A program made the position numbers and the translations under genes. DNA of 64,000 nucleotides from an uncultured delta proteobacterium (GTDB taxonomy: Bacteria > Myxococcota > Kuafuiibacteriia > Kuafuiibacteriales > Kuafuiibacteriaceae): the NCBI GenBank assembly GCA_963803435.1, contig CAWDML010000001.1, positions 2,048,001 through 2,112,000 on the forward strand. Direction: 5' to 3'. The notes beneath the pieces are model-generated. The model searched no databases. It worked only from the letters and a program-made list of their open reading frames with translations, and was not told the origin of the DNA. Every line of letters starts with the position of its first letter. Within the stretch, counting starts at the first letter, position 1. Shown in pieces: positions 10,145-19,942 of this stretch.

Positions 10145-10429
10145 TCAGCGGGACGACATGTCGTACTTCTTGATGAGGCGGTGCAGGTAGACCCGATCAA
10201 TCCCCGCAGCGCGGGCGGCCCGGGATACGTTGTGGTTGTATCGGCCCAGGATCCCGCGCACGTACTCGCGCTCGAATGCGGCGATGATCCTCGCCCGGGC
10301 GACCTTGTACGGCATCTCGCACAGCTCCGGCGGTGGGTCTTCCGCCCGCAGGAACGCCTGGCTGATGTTCGTCGTCGTCGTCGTCGTCGTCGTCGTCGGT
10401 TCGAATTGGTGCGCGTGTTCCATCGACAT
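10145..10429 (-). CDS. Stand-alone Fis-type HTH protein with poly-Thr tract
   Basis: FEREYVRGILGRYNHNVSRAARAAGIDRVYLHRLIKKY resembles the C-terminal HTH of enhancer-binding proteins. Confidence 0.8.
   Translation of the reverse strand: MSMEHAHQFEPTTTTTTTTTNISQAFLRAEDPPPELCEMPYKVARARIIAAFEREYVRGILGRYNHNVSRAARAAGIDRVYLHRLIKKYDMSSR
10371..10397. repeat. (GTC)9 microsatellite
   Basis: Nine perfect GTC units, encoding the Thr run on the minus strand. Confidence 0.95.
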
Positions 10430-10508
10430 TCATTGTCGGTGAGGGACCGTCTACACGCGCTTACGTGTCCCTTACACCACAGTGGTTGCCCCGAAGGAGT
10501 GTCACCGG

Positions 10509-10898
10509 TCAGCGGTAGGTGAGATCGATGTCGTAGCCGTTGTCTGCGTTGGCTTCGATGAAGACGTCCGACGTTTCCGACCGATACAGGACGCGGTCGA
10601 AGACATCGAGGCCGGTCAGCTCAATCGTCCACCAGCCCTCGTCGACCTGTTCGTAGACGACGCCGGCGAGCGAGCAATCGTATCGGGAGTCGTCGTAGGT
10701 GAAGCCGTCGGGATCGACCAGGACGATGTGCACGTCGACGACGTCGCCGCAGTCACCGTAGCCGTCGAAGGTCCACGACACCGAGAGATCACCGCGCGGC
10801 GGCCCGCGATCGATCGGACCATTGTCTTCGATCGCGACGACACAGCTGGACGCGGCCAGCGTGATCCCGAGGGCGAGGGTGGCGCTGAAAAGTCGCAT
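10509..10898 (-). CDS. Hypothetical lipoprotein
   Basis: MRLFSATLALGITLAASSC signal/lipobox; acidic beta-rich body. Confidence 0.75.
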   Translation of the reverse strand: MRLFSATLALGITLAASSCVVAIEDNGPIDRGPPRGDLSVSWTFDGYGDCGDVVDVHIVLVDPDGFTYDDSRYDCSLAGVVYEQVDEGWWTIELTGLDVFDRVLYRSETSDVFIEANADNGYDIDLTYR

Positions 10899-11033
10899 CC
10901 AGTCGGAGCCCGCAACGCGCGTGCCATCGTCCCTTCCCACCGCAAGCGTAGCTCCCGCAAGGAAACGATGTATCGCGTCTGCGACAGTATTCGCTCTTCC
11001 CACCCGCCGCTCATACGACCAAACTGCCCCGCC

Positions 11034-12308
11034 GTGCGCTTGTACGACGAGCTTCGGGCCCGACACCTGATCCATCAGTTCACCGAGCACGACACACCGC
11101 TGCCGGACCTGCTCGACCGGCCGCAGATCGTGTACGCGGGTTTCGACCCGACCGCCGACAGCCTCCACGTCGGAAACCTGGTGCCGCTCCTGGGGCTGCG
11201 GCGTTTTCAGGGCGCCGGACACCAGGTGATCGCGCTCGCGGGCGGCGCCACCGGCATGGTCGGCGATCCCAGCGGCAAGAGCGAGGAGCGCAACCTGCTC
11301 ACGCCGGAGATCCTGCAAGGCAACCTGCGCGCGATCAAAGGCCAGCTCGAGCGGCTGCTCGACTTCACCGGCAGCAAGCCCGCGCGCCTGGTCGACAACT
11401 ACGACTGGACCGAGGGCGTCGGCCTCCTCGACTTCCTGAGGGACGTCGGCAAGCACTTCTCGATCAACGCGATGATCAAGAAGGACTCCGTCAGCGCCCG
11501 GCTCGAGCGCGAGGGCGACGGCATCTCGTACACCGAGTTCAGCTACATGCTCCTGCAGGCGTACGACTTCTACGTGCTGGCCCGGGATCACGGCTGCACG
11601 ATGCAGATCGGCGGGAGCGACCAGTGGGGCAACATCACGGCGGGCGTCGAGCTGATCCGCCGCCGCCTGAGCCGCGCCGCGGTCGGCCTCACCTTCCCGC
11701 TGCTCCTCAACTCCGACGGCGCCAAGTTCGGAAAGTCCGCCAAGGGTTCGGTCTGGCTCGACCCGAAGAAGACCAGCCCCTTCGCCTTCCGTCAGTTCTG
11801 GTTCAAGACACCCGACAGCGACGTCATCTCGCGGCTCAACTACTTCAGCTTCGTCCCGGTGGACGAGATCCGCGAGCTCGCGCTGATGACCGAGCCCAAC
11901 CGCGCGCAGCGACGCCTGGCCGAGCACATGACCGCCCTCGTCCACGGCCAGGACGAGGCTGACAAGGTGGAGCGGGCCGCCCAGGTCCTGTTCAATCCCA
12001 AGGGGGACCTCCGCGAGATCCCCCTCGAGTACGTCGCCGACGCCTTCGAGGGCGCCCCGGTGATCGACCTGCCGAAGGATCGCTTCCAGGGGGAGGGCGT
12101 CGCCTGGCTGGACCTGGTCTCCGAGGTGGTCCACGCCGGCAAGCGCGGCGCCGCCAAGCGGGACGTGGAGCAGAACGCCGTCGCGCTCAACGGGGAGAAG
12201 CTCGGCGTCGCGGACGCGCGCATCACGGGCGAGCGGCTGCTCCACGATCGGTTCCTGGTGATCCGGCGCGGCAAGCGGGATCAGTTCTTGGTGCGGGTGG
12301 TTGACTGA
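11034..12308 (+). CDS. tyrS: Tyrosine--tRNA ligase
   Basis: YAGFDPTADSLHVGN, QIGGSDQWGNI, KFGKS, C-terminal S4-like domain; GTG start inferred. Confidence 0.97.
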   Translation: MRLYDELRARHLIHQFTEHDTPLPDLLDRPQIVYAGFDPTADSLHVGNLVPLLGLRRFQGAGHQVIALAGGATGMVGDPSGKSEERNLLTPEILQGNLRAIKGQLERLLDFTGSKPARLVDNYDWTEGVGLLDFLRDVGKHFSINAMIKKDSVSARLEREGDGISYTEFSYMLLQAYDFYVLARDHGCTMQIGGSDQWGNITAGVELIRRRLSRAAVGLTFPLLLNSDGAKFGKSAKGSVWLDPKKTSPFAFRQFWFKTPDSDVISRLNYFSFVPVDEIRELALMTEPNRAQRRLAEHMTALVHGQDEADKVERAAQVLFNPKGDLREIPLEYVADAFEGAPVIDLPKDRFQGEGVAWLDLVSEVVHAGKRGAAKRDVEQNAVALNGEKLGVADARITGERLLHDRFLVIRRGKRDQFLVRVVD

Positions 12309-12357
12309 CCCGTCTGCGTCTCCACCTGCGCGACTGTCACGGTCGCAGTCGGGGCGA

Positions 12358-13671
12358 TCAATCGCTGCGGAGGTGCGGCAACCCCATCGTCATCGCCAGC
12401 GGCAGCGCCAGAAACAGAGCGCTGGCGACGTACGGCGTGGAGGCGCCGAAGCGCCAGTAGAGCGTGCCGCCGAGCAGCGGGCCGATCGCGCGGCTGAGCG
12501 CACCCAGCGAGCGAAACAGACCCAGCGCGAAGCCTTGCTGCTCCTCGGGCGCGTACTTGGATACGAGCGCGGAGGTCGACGGAATGACGAGCGCCGAGCC
12601 GAACGCCATGGCGCCCAGGCCCAGGTAGAAGAGGCTGGTGCTGGCCGCCCAACCGACCAGGACGAAGCCGGGGACGACAGCGGCGAGGCCGAGCTGCACC
12701 AGCTTGCGCTCGCCGAGCTTGGGCGCGAGCCGCCGGAGCAGGCCACCCTGCACGAGCGCGATGATCAACCCGATGAACACGAACATGCTGCCGTTGTCGC
12801 GCGGGGTGTAGCCGAACCGCTCGACCGTGAGGAAGACCAGCGTGAACTCCATCGCGGAGAACGCGGTGAGGAACAGGAAGGAGATCCCGTTGACGCGCTG
12901 GACGCCCGGCTCGGAGACACCGCGGATCAGCTTGATCGGATTCGCGGTGCGCACGGTCCCGTGCTTGCCGCGCTGGGAGGCGGGCAAGGTCTCGGGGAAG
13001 CGGGTCACCGCCACCGCGAGATTGATCATGGAAAGGACGAACGCGATCAGCGCGGCGGCGGAGAATGGGTTCACGCCCAGCGCCACGCCGCCCGGCCAGG
13101 TCTGGGTGAGGTCGAAGAAGGACGAGAGGCCGCCGAGGGCGGGGCCGAGGATGAAGCCGAGACCGATCGAGGCGCCGACCATGCCCATGCCTTTGGCGCG
13201 GTTGGCGGGCGTGGTGGTGTCCGCGACGACGGCGGTGACCGTGGCCAGGTTGCCGGCCATCGCGCCGCCGATCAGGCGCGCGACCACCAGCATCGCGAAG
13301 TTGCCGGCGAAGAACCAGCCGACGTAGCTGAGCGCGGTGCCCGTGAGCGTGATGAGGATGGTGGGGCGCCGACCGATCCGATCGGAGAGCCCGCCCCAGA
13401 ACGGCGCGAAGACGAACTGGAGCATCGAGTAGAGCGAGCCCAACAGCCCGCCGAACAGCACCGTCACCAGGAACTCGCTGTTCGCGCTCCCTGCGGCGGC
13501 GTCGCGGAGAAAAGCGATGCCGTGGCCCAGCGCGCTGCCGGCGCCCTCGAGCTCGAGGTAGTGCTCGAGCATGTGCGGGAACAGCGGGAAGATGATCGAG
13601 AAGCCGATCAGATCCAAAAACGCGGTCAGGATCGCGACAACCGGAAGCTTCTTTTCGCCTGCGTCCGGCAT
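12358..13671 (-). CDS. MFS transporter (TetA/DHA1-like)
   Basis: GGLSDRIGRRP motif A, GFILGPALGG motif C, multiple TM segments. Confidence 0.92.
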   Translation of the reverse strand: MPDAGEKKLPVVAILTAFLDLIGFSIIFPLFPHMLEHYLELEGAGSALGHGIAFLRDAAAGSANSEFLVTVLFGGLLGSLYSMLQFVFAPFWGGLSDRIGRRPTILITLTGTALSYVGWFFAGNFAMLVVARLIGGAMAGNLATVTAVVADTTTPANRAKGMGMVGASIGLGFILGPALGGLSSFFDLTQTWPGGVALGVNPFSAAALIAFVLSMINLAVAVTRFPETLPASQRGKHGTVRTANPIKLIRGVSEPGVQRVNGISFLFLTAFSAMEFTLVFLTVERFGYTPRDNGSMFVFIGLIIALVQGGLLRRLAPKLGERKLVQLGLAAVVPGFVLVGWAASTSLFYLGLGAMAFGSALVIPSTSALVSKYAPEEQQGFALGLFRSLGALSRAIGPLLGGTLYWRFGASTPYVASALFLALPLAMTMGLPHLRSD

Positions 13672-13749
13672 ACTCGCTGTGCTCGATACACGAGGTCCGG
13701 GATCCGGTCCACGCCCTTGGGGAGCGCCTTGCGGGCAACCATGTACGGA

Positions 13750-14835
13750 CTACCAGCGTTCTTCGTCGTTCCTCGGAGCGGCGGGCCACACGGGCGCAGT
13801 CTCACCGTTGAGGGTGGTGCCGCCGTGGGAGAATGCGCCGGAATTCACCAGGAAATCGGCGGGAAAATTCAGCGCGGGCTTCGACACGGCGTCGAGGACG
13901 GCCACCTGATCCGGCGACAAGCGAACCTCGAGCGCACCCACGTTGTCTTCGAGCTGCTGCATCGTGCGGGCGCCGACGATCGTCGAGGTCACGCCGGATC
14001 GCGATTGCACCCACGCGAGCGCAACCCGCGCCGGAGTGGTGTCGAGCGTCGAGGCCGTTTCGAGCAGCGCGTCGATGACGTCGTAGGTCCGATCGTTCAG
14101 CGCCTGAAGGGCGAAGTCGCCGCGGTCGGCGGTCACCGAGCCGTGATTCTGGCGCGTGTACTTGCCGGAGAGGACGCCCGACTTGAGCGGCGACCAGGGC
14201 GTGATCCCGAGCCCCATCTCCTGGGCCATCGGCACCAGCTCACCCTCCACGGTGCGCTCGATCAGCGAGTACTCGAGCTGGAGCGCCGAGAGCGGCGTCA
14301 GCGCGTCCATGCGCGCCAGCATCTGGGCCTCGACGCACTTCCAGGCGGGCGTGTCGGAGAAGCCGAGGTAGCGGACCTTGCCCGAGCGGACCAGGTCGTC
14401 CAGCGCGCGCATCGTCTCCTCGATCGGCGTGTGCTTGTCCCAGCAGTGCATCCAGTAGAGATCGATGTAATCGGTCTGCAAGCGTCGGAGCGACTGCTCG
14501 CAGGCAGCGATCAGCGACTTGCGCCCGGCGCCGCCGCCGTTCGGATCACCCACGTAGAGGTTGCTCAAGAACTTCGTCGCGATCACGAGCCGCTCGCGCC
14601 GCGAGGGGTGGCGCCCGATGTGGTCGCCGATGATGCGCTCCGAGTGGCCGCGGGTGTACGCGTTGGCCGTGTCGATGAAGTTTCCGCCCAGCTCCACGTA
14701 GCGATCGATGATCGCGGTCGAGTCCTTGACGCTGGAGCCCCAGCCCCAGTCTTCACCGAAGGTCATCCCGCCCAGGCAGAGCGGGCTCACGCGCAGTCCA
14801 GAGTGTCCGAGGGTCACGTAGTGGTCGAGTGGCAT
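13750..14835 (-). CDS. Aldo/keto reductase
   Basis: LGHSGLRVSPLCLGGMTFG, FIDTANAY, SLRRLQTDYIDLY, PWSPL. Confidence 0.95.
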   Translation of the reverse strand: MPLDHYVTLGHSGLRVSPLCLGGMTFGEDWGWGSSVKDSTAIIDRYVELGGNFIDTANAYTRGHSERIIGDHIGRHPSRRERLVIATKFLSNLYVGDPNGGGAGRKSLIAACEQSLRRLQTDYIDLYWMHCWDKHTPIEETMRALDDLVRSGKVRYLGFSDTPAWKCVEAQMLARMDALTPLSALQLEYSLIERTVEGELVPMAQEMGLGITPWSPLKSGVLSGKYTRQNHGSVTADRGDFALQALNDRTYDVIDALLETASTLDTTPARVALAWVQSRSGVTSTIVGARTMQQLEDNVGALEVRLSPDQVAVLDAVSKPALNFPADFLVNSGAFSHGGTTLNGETAPVWPAAPRNDEERW

Positions 14836-14899
14836 GCCGGCTCGATAGCACACGCGGTGAGGTCGTGCTCCTGCGCGATGGAGCACTGGCCTCCTGGCC

Positions 14900-15361
14900 T
14901 CAGGGGTCCTGGGCCGCCTCGCAGGCGACCCGGGCGCCGGCCTGACACGCTCGATCGAAAGCGCTCTTGGCCGCCGCGGGATCGCGATCATACGAGCGAC
15001 CGCTGATCGCCGGCACCCGCAGCGCGTGGCGGTGGATCATCCCGGCGATGGTGCAGCTGGTCGCCACCTCGCGGCCGGCCTCGCAGGAGGCCAGGTAGTC
15101 TTTGCCGAAGTGGGCCAGGGTGTTGCAGCCGGCGCTGCTCCCCTGAAAGCAGGCGCACTGGGCGAGCGCGAGCAGCCCTTCGCCGGTCTCGGCGGTCTCG
15201 CCCCGTTGCTCGGCGAGCTCGACGGTCATTTGATAGCAGCTCTGGCCGTCGTCGCAGGGACAGGTGAGCTCGGTCGGATTCTGCGGGTGGTAGCCGAGCG
15301 GGCCGGAGGTGACGCAGGCGGCGACCACGGCGGCGAGGAGCGGGGCCAAGCGGGCGGCCAT
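14900..15361 (-). CDS. Cys-rich lipoprotein (Sel1-like repeats)
   Basis: Lipobox VAAC; ACxxG...AC helical repeats. Confidence 0.65.
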   Translation of the reverse strand: MAARLAPLLAAVVAACVTSGPLGYHPQNPTELTCPCDDGQSCYQMTVELAEQRGETAETGEGLLALAQCACFQGSSAGCNTLAHFGKDYLASCEAGREVATSCTIAGMIHRHALRVPAISGRSYDRDPAAAKSAFDRACQAGARVACEAAQDP

Positions 15362-15516
15362 CGAGCGCAAGATGGCCGAAAACGCGGGCCGGCTCAAATC
15401 CGTGAGCGCGCGCGCAGCGATCGAGCGGGTTGACCAACCAAGCGCAAGCCAGGTTGACACCGCGCCCGCGGCCCCGTCGCCTTGATACCAGGCGCCGTTT
15501 CGGCGATGACGGACCT

Positions 15517-15843
15517 GTGAACGAGCTCTACTCGGTCGGATTCATGCTGATCGGCGGCATCTCCTTGCTCGTCGCCGTGTTGACCGGAGCGGCTGGACTC
15601 CGTGTGTTGAGCTACGCGCGCGACAAGAAGTGGACCGGGTCGTGGCCGATGTTGCTGGCGGTCGGAACCGGCCTCGGCTTGGTCTCCTCGATCGGGTTCC
15701 AGGTCGTGTCCGTCATCCAGTCGTCGGGCCCCGCGCTGAACCTGCTGATGATCGCCGTCGATCTGGCGGGCTCGGCCCTGATGATCGCCGCGCTGGCGAG
15801 CATCCAGCTCCCGAAGGAGGTCGACCCGTGGGCGAGTCGCTGA
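15517..15843 (+). CDS. Small membrane protein
   Basis: Three hydrophobic segments; GTG start. Confidence 0.6.
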   Translation: MNELYSVGFMLIGGISLLVAVLTGAAGLRVLSYARDKKWTGSWPMLLAVGTGLGLVSSIGFQVVSVIQSSGPALNLLMIAVDLAGSALMIAALASIQLPKEVDPWASR

Positions 15844-16157
15844 CCCAGATCTACTCGGTCGTCTCGTTGCTGTTCATCGTCGCTTCGATGGGGACGGCGA
15901 TCGCCGCGTTCATGAAGCTGTCGACCACGCCCGCCGGCCTCGCGATCGGCGGCTCCTCGGTCGGCTCGGCGCTCGTCAGCATCCTGGGGCGGGTCCTTCG
16001 TCTCTTCGCAAGCCCGGAACAGATGCTCCCCATCTCGCTGGCGTCCAGCCTGATCGGCGTCCTTCTCGCCATGGTGCTCGCCGCAGGCATCTTCCTGCTG
16101 CCCGAGAGCATCGATCGGTTGATCGAGCAGTCGCGGGCCACCACCGTGCCTCGATGA
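15828..16157 (+). CDS. Small membrane protein
   Basis: AAGGAGG RBS, GTG start, three hydrophobic segments. Confidence 0.65.
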   Translation: MGESLTQIYSVVSLLFIVASMGTAIAAFMKLSTTPAGLAIGGSSVGSALVSILGRVLRLFASPEQMLPISLASSLIGVLLAMVLAAGIFLLPESIDRLIEQSRATTVPR

Positions 16158-16207
16158 GCGTACGCGCACGCTTTCCGCCCGCCGGGATCTGTGGCCTGCT
16201 TCCGAGC

Positions 16208-17182
16208 GTGAAGGCGATTCGAATCCACTCGACGGGCGGGCCGGAGGTGCTGGCGTGGGAGGAGGTATCGGTGGGAGAGCCGGGGCGCGCCCAGGCTCGC
16301 GTGCGGCACACCGCGGTCGGCCTCAACTTCATCGACGTCTATCATCGCAGCGGACTCTATCCGCTCCCCTCGCTTCCGCACGGGATCGGGATCGAGGCTG
16401 CCGGCGTGGTGGAGGCGATCGGTGAGGACGTGACCGAGGTGAAGCCGGGTCAGCGCGTCGCCTATGCGGGTGGCGCGCCCGGCGCCTATGCGGAGGCGCG
16501 GATCATCGAGGCGAGCCGGCTGGTGCCGCTCCCGGAGAACATCGGCGACGAGCTGGCGGCGGCCGTGCTGCTGAAGGGAATGACGGCCGAGTATCTGATC
16601 CGTCGGACCCATCGCGTCGAGCGCGGCGAGACTGTGCTGTTTCATGCGGCCGCCGGCGGCGTCGGGACCATCGCGACGCAGTGGCTCCGCCATCTGGGCG
16701 CGACCGTGATCGGGACAGTCGGGAGCGAGGCGAAGGCGGAGGTCGCTCGGAAGAACGGGGTCACCCACGCGATCGTCTACACGAAGGAGGACTTCGCGGA
16801 GCGGACGCGGGCGATCACCGGCGGCCAGGGCGTGCCGGTGGTCTACGACTCCGTCGGCAAGTCGACGACGATGCGATCGCTCGACTGTCTCGCGCCCCGC
16901 GGGCTGCTGGTCTCCTTCGGCAACGCCTCAGGAAAGCCGGACCCGCTCGATCTGACGATCCTCTCCGCGAAGGGCTCGCTCTACCTCACGCGCCCGACGA
17001 TGATGACGTACACGGCGCGCCGGGAGGATCTGCTGGCGAGCGCGGCCGCGCTCTTCGAGGTGATCGGGAGCGGCGCGGTCCGGATCGAGGTCAAGCACCG
17101 CTTCCCGCTGGCGAAGGCGGCCGAGGCGCACCGGACGCTGGAGAGCCGCGCGACGACCGGCCCGATCCTGCTGTCGCCCTGA
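16208..17182 (+). CDS. qor: NADPH:quinone oxidoreductase (MDR family)
   Basis: GLNFIDVYHRSGLYP, LLKGMTAEYL, HAAAGGVG, KGSLYLTRP. Confidence 0.93.
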   Translation: MKAIRIHSTGGPEVLAWEEVSVGEPGRAQARVRHTAVGLNFIDVYHRSGLYPLPSLPHGIGIEAAGVVEAIGEDVTEVKPGQRVAYAGGAPGAYAEARIIEASRLVPLPENIGDELAAAVLLKGMTAEYLIRRTHRVERGETVLFHAAAGGVGTIATQWLRHLGATVIGTVGSEAKAEVARKNGVTHAIVYTKEDFAERTRAITGGQGVPVVYDSVGKSTTMRSLDCLAPRGLLVSFGNASGKPDPLDLTILSAKGSLYLTRPTMMTYTARREDLLASAAALFEVIGSGAVRIEVKHRFPLAKAAEAHRTLESRATTGPILLSP

Positions 17183-17249
17183 GCCCGCGACCGCCGGTGC
17201 CTCTCTCGGCGGTCCTCTTCCCTGCGCCCGATGCGCTCACCGCGGCGGA

Positions 17250-18251
17250 TCACGCCGGCTCGATCGCACACGCGGCGAAGTAGCGCGAAAGCCCTTCGTC
17301 AGTGGCGATCGCCGGGCGGTAGTCGAAGTCGCGGCGCGCCTTGTCGTGGCTGAAGAAGTGCGAGGTCCCCAGGATGATGGCGGCCATCCGCGTCAGCGGC
17401 GGCTCCTTCTTGACCGCGAACATCCGGAACGCGCCCTCGAGGGCGGCGCCGAGCGCGAAGGCGGTGGCGAACGAGAGCCGCTTCTCCACCGGCGGTGCAC
17501 CCCGCCCCGCCAGGATGCGGGCCACGAAGTCCCAGAGACGGACCGGCTCGGGGTCGCCGATGAAATACGCCTGCCCGCCCACCGCCGAGCCCGGATCGGC
17601 GAGCGCGTCCTGCGCCGCCAGATGCGCCGCCACGCAGTTGTCGATGTACGTGACGTCGACGCGGTTGGTACCATCGCCGATGCGCGCGATGGTGCCGCGC
17701 TTCGCATTCTCCACCAGCCGCGGCGCGATCTGCGGATCGCCGGGGCCGTAGATGAAGTGGGGACGGATCGCCGCCGTCCGGAGCGCGGGCCCGTTGGCCG
17801 CCAGCACGCGCCGCTCGGCCTCGGCCTTCGAGCGCCCGTAGGGGCTGAGGAAGCGCTCGGGATAGGGCGTGGTCTCGTCGGCGCCCTCGAAGCCGGCCCG
17901 GGTGCCGATCGCGACCGAGGGCGTGCTGGTGTAGAGGAGCCGCGGCACCCCGTGGCGGCGGCAGGCCTCGAGGAGGTTGTCGGTACCGCCCACGTTGGTG
18001 GCCTGATAGCCGGCGTACGGGCCCCAGTAGCCGACCTTGGAGGCCACGTGGAAGACGCAGTCGACGCCGGCGGTCGCGCGATCGACGGCGGCCGGATCGG
18101 CGACGTCGCCCCGGTGCGCCTCGACCCCCCACGCCTCCACGTCGGCGTGCTCGCTGCGGGCCAGGATGCGGACCTGGTCACCGCGATCGAGGAGCGCACG
18201 CACCAGATTCTTGCCCACAAAGCCGCCGCCGCCGGTGACCAGGGCCTTCAT
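17250..18251 (-). CDS. oleD: OleD-like NAD-dependent reductase (3-beta-HSD/epimerase family)
   Basis: TGGGGFVG, YTSTPSV, YGRSKAEAE, RPHFIYGPGD; last gene of the oleABCD operon. Confidence 0.85.
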   Translation of the reverse strand: MKALVTGGGGFVGKNLVRALLDRGDQVRILARSEHADVEAWGVEAHRGDVADPAAVDRATAGVDCVFHVASKVGYWGPYAGYQATNVGGTDNLLEACRRHGVPRLLYTSTPSVAIGTRAGFEGADETTPYPERFLSPYGRSKAEAERRVLAANGPALRTAAIRPHFIYGPGDPQIAPRLVENAKRGTIARIGDGTNRVDVTYIDNCVAAHLAAQDALADPGSAVGGQAYFIGDPEPVRLWDFVARILAGRGAPPVEKRLSFATAFALGAALEGAFRMFAVKKEPPLTRMAAIILGTSHFFSHDKARRDFDYRPAIATDEGLSRYFAACAIEPA

Positions 18252-19942
18252 CGCGACAGCACCCGTTCGGCCCAGACCGCCAGATCCTCACGGCGGATCT
18301 TCGCGTTGTGCCGCGCGTCCACCGGGAAGCTGGGGTGGAACAGCACCGCGTCGATCGTCCGGGTCAGCTCGCTCTTCTTACCCAGCGCCAGCAACTCTTC
18401 GGTGAGGAGCGCGCGCTCGCCGGCGCTCCGCGGGCGCTGGTGCGGGCGGCACTCCACCACGATCACCGGGCGCTGGTCGCCGCGCGGTCCGATCCCGACC
18501 AGCGCCGAGCGGAACACGCGCGGGTGCGCGTTGAAGATCGCCTCGCAGCAGACCGTGTACATGGCCCCGGCCGCCGTCTCCACACGGTGCGACTTGCGTC
18601 CGCAGAACCAGAGGCGACCGTCGGAGTCGAGGTAGCCGAGGTCGCCCATGCGGTGCCAGACGCGGACGCCGTCCGTGATCTTGGAGCGCGCGGTGTCGGC
18701 GTCACGGCGGAAGTACGCCTTGGTGGAGACCGGACCGTGCACGGTGATCTCGCCGATCTCGCCGGGGCCCAGACGCTCCGCTTGCTCCATGGTGGCGATG
18801 GGATCGTCCGTGATGCGGAGGATCCGGACCTCGAGCTCCGAGATGGGCCGGCCCACGCAGGTGCCCTCGCCCCGCTCGGTCCGCCGCGCCGGACCCTGCA
18901 GCAGCGTGCGCGCCGAGGGGAAGGTGATCGGCAGGCACTCGGTGGCGCCGTAGGGCGTGAAGACGTCGGCGCTCTCCGGCATGATGCGGAGCAGCCGCTC
19001 GAGCAGCGCGGGTGCCGCCGGCGCGCCCGCCATCAGGATCCGCGTGAGGCTCTCGAGCCGGTGGTTCTTGGCCTCGCAATGCTCGCCGACCCGGTTCCAG
19101 AAGGCGGGCGAGCCGAACGCGTAGGTGACACCGTGATCCTCGATCGCCATCGCGATCTTCTCCGCGTCCACCTCCGCTGCGCGTGTCGGATCCATGTCGG
19201 GGATGATCACGGTGACGCCCAACGCCACCGAGAAGAGCGAGAAGAGCGGGAAGGCCGAGAGGTCCACCTCGCCCGGCTCGATGGCGAAGTCCTTCTCGAA
19301 GATGCGGACCTGCGCGTCGAAGATCCCGTGGGTGTACACCGCGCCCTTGGGAGGGCCGGTGCTCCCGGAGGTGAACAGGATGGCGGCGCTATCCTCGGGC
19401 TTGGTGGCGGCCGAGCGGAAGCGGCCCTCGCTGCCCAGCGCCAGCACGTCGGCGAGGGTGGTGCGGCCGAACCAGGTCTTCGGGCCCACCAGCACCGCGA
19501 TCTTCACCGAGCGAAAGGCCCGCCGGAAGAGGACGCGGGCCAGGTGCGACTTGGCGATGCCGATGAGCGCGTCGGGCTCCACCTCGGCGATCGCGCCGAT
19601 CACGTTCCTCCGTCCCATCGCCGGATCGAGCAGCACCGGGATCGCGCCCATGCGAAAGAGCGCGAAGGTCAAAGCGAAGAAGTCGAGCGACGGCTTCACC
19701 ATCAACAGCACGCGCATCCCGCGCCGTACGCCGATGGCCTCGAGGCCGCTGGCCGCGCGATCGATCGTTCGATCGAGCTGCGCGAAGGTGAGGTGCGCGT
19801 AGGCCCGGTGCCCGTCGGGATCTCTACCGGCCGGCGCGATCACCGCCTTGGCGTGGGGGCGGAGCTCGGCCTGGAGCCGCATGCGATCGGCGATGTTGAG
19901 GAGGCCCGCCGTCTTGGGCGCCTCGATCGCCGACTGGCTCAC
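18248..19942 (-). CDS. oleC: OleC beta-lactone synthetase (AMP-dependent ligase family)
   Basis: AAILFTSGSTGPPKG, TPYGATE, WHRMGDLGYLD, LWFCGRKSHRV, FPVDARHNAKI. Confidence 0.9.
   Translation of the reverse strand: MSQSAIEAPKTAGLLNIADRMRLQAELRPHAKAVIAPAGRDPDGHRAYAHLTFAQLDRTIDRAASGLEAIGVRRGMRVLLMVKPSLDFFALTFALFRMGAIPVLLDPAMGRRNVIGAIAEVEPDALIGIAKSHLARVLFRRAFRSVKIAVLVGPKTWFGRTTLADVLALGSEGRFRSAATKPEDSAAILFTSGSTGPPKGAVYTHGIFDAQVRIFEKDFAIEPGEVDLSAFPLFSLFSVALGVTVIIPDMDPTRAAEVDAEKIAMAIEDHGVTYAFGSPAFWNRVGEHCEAKNHRLESLTRILMAGAPAAPALLERLLRIMPESADVFTPYGATECLPITFPSARTLLQGPARRTERGEGTCVGRPISELEVRILRITDDPIATMEQAERLGPGEIGEITVHGPVSTKAYFRRDADTARSKITDGVRVWHRMGDLGYLDSDGRLWFCGRKSHRVETAAGAMYTVCCEAIFNAHPRVFRSALVGIGPRGDQRPVIVVECRPHQRPRSAGERALLTEELLALGKKSELTRTIDAVLFHPSFPVDARHNAKIRREDLAVWAERVLSR

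Noticed and set aside
12301-15006. Long ORFs antisense to real genes (also 7219-8799, 30730-32730, 39119-41515, 55049-57349)
   Set aside because: Typical high-GC shadow frames with no recognisable motifs
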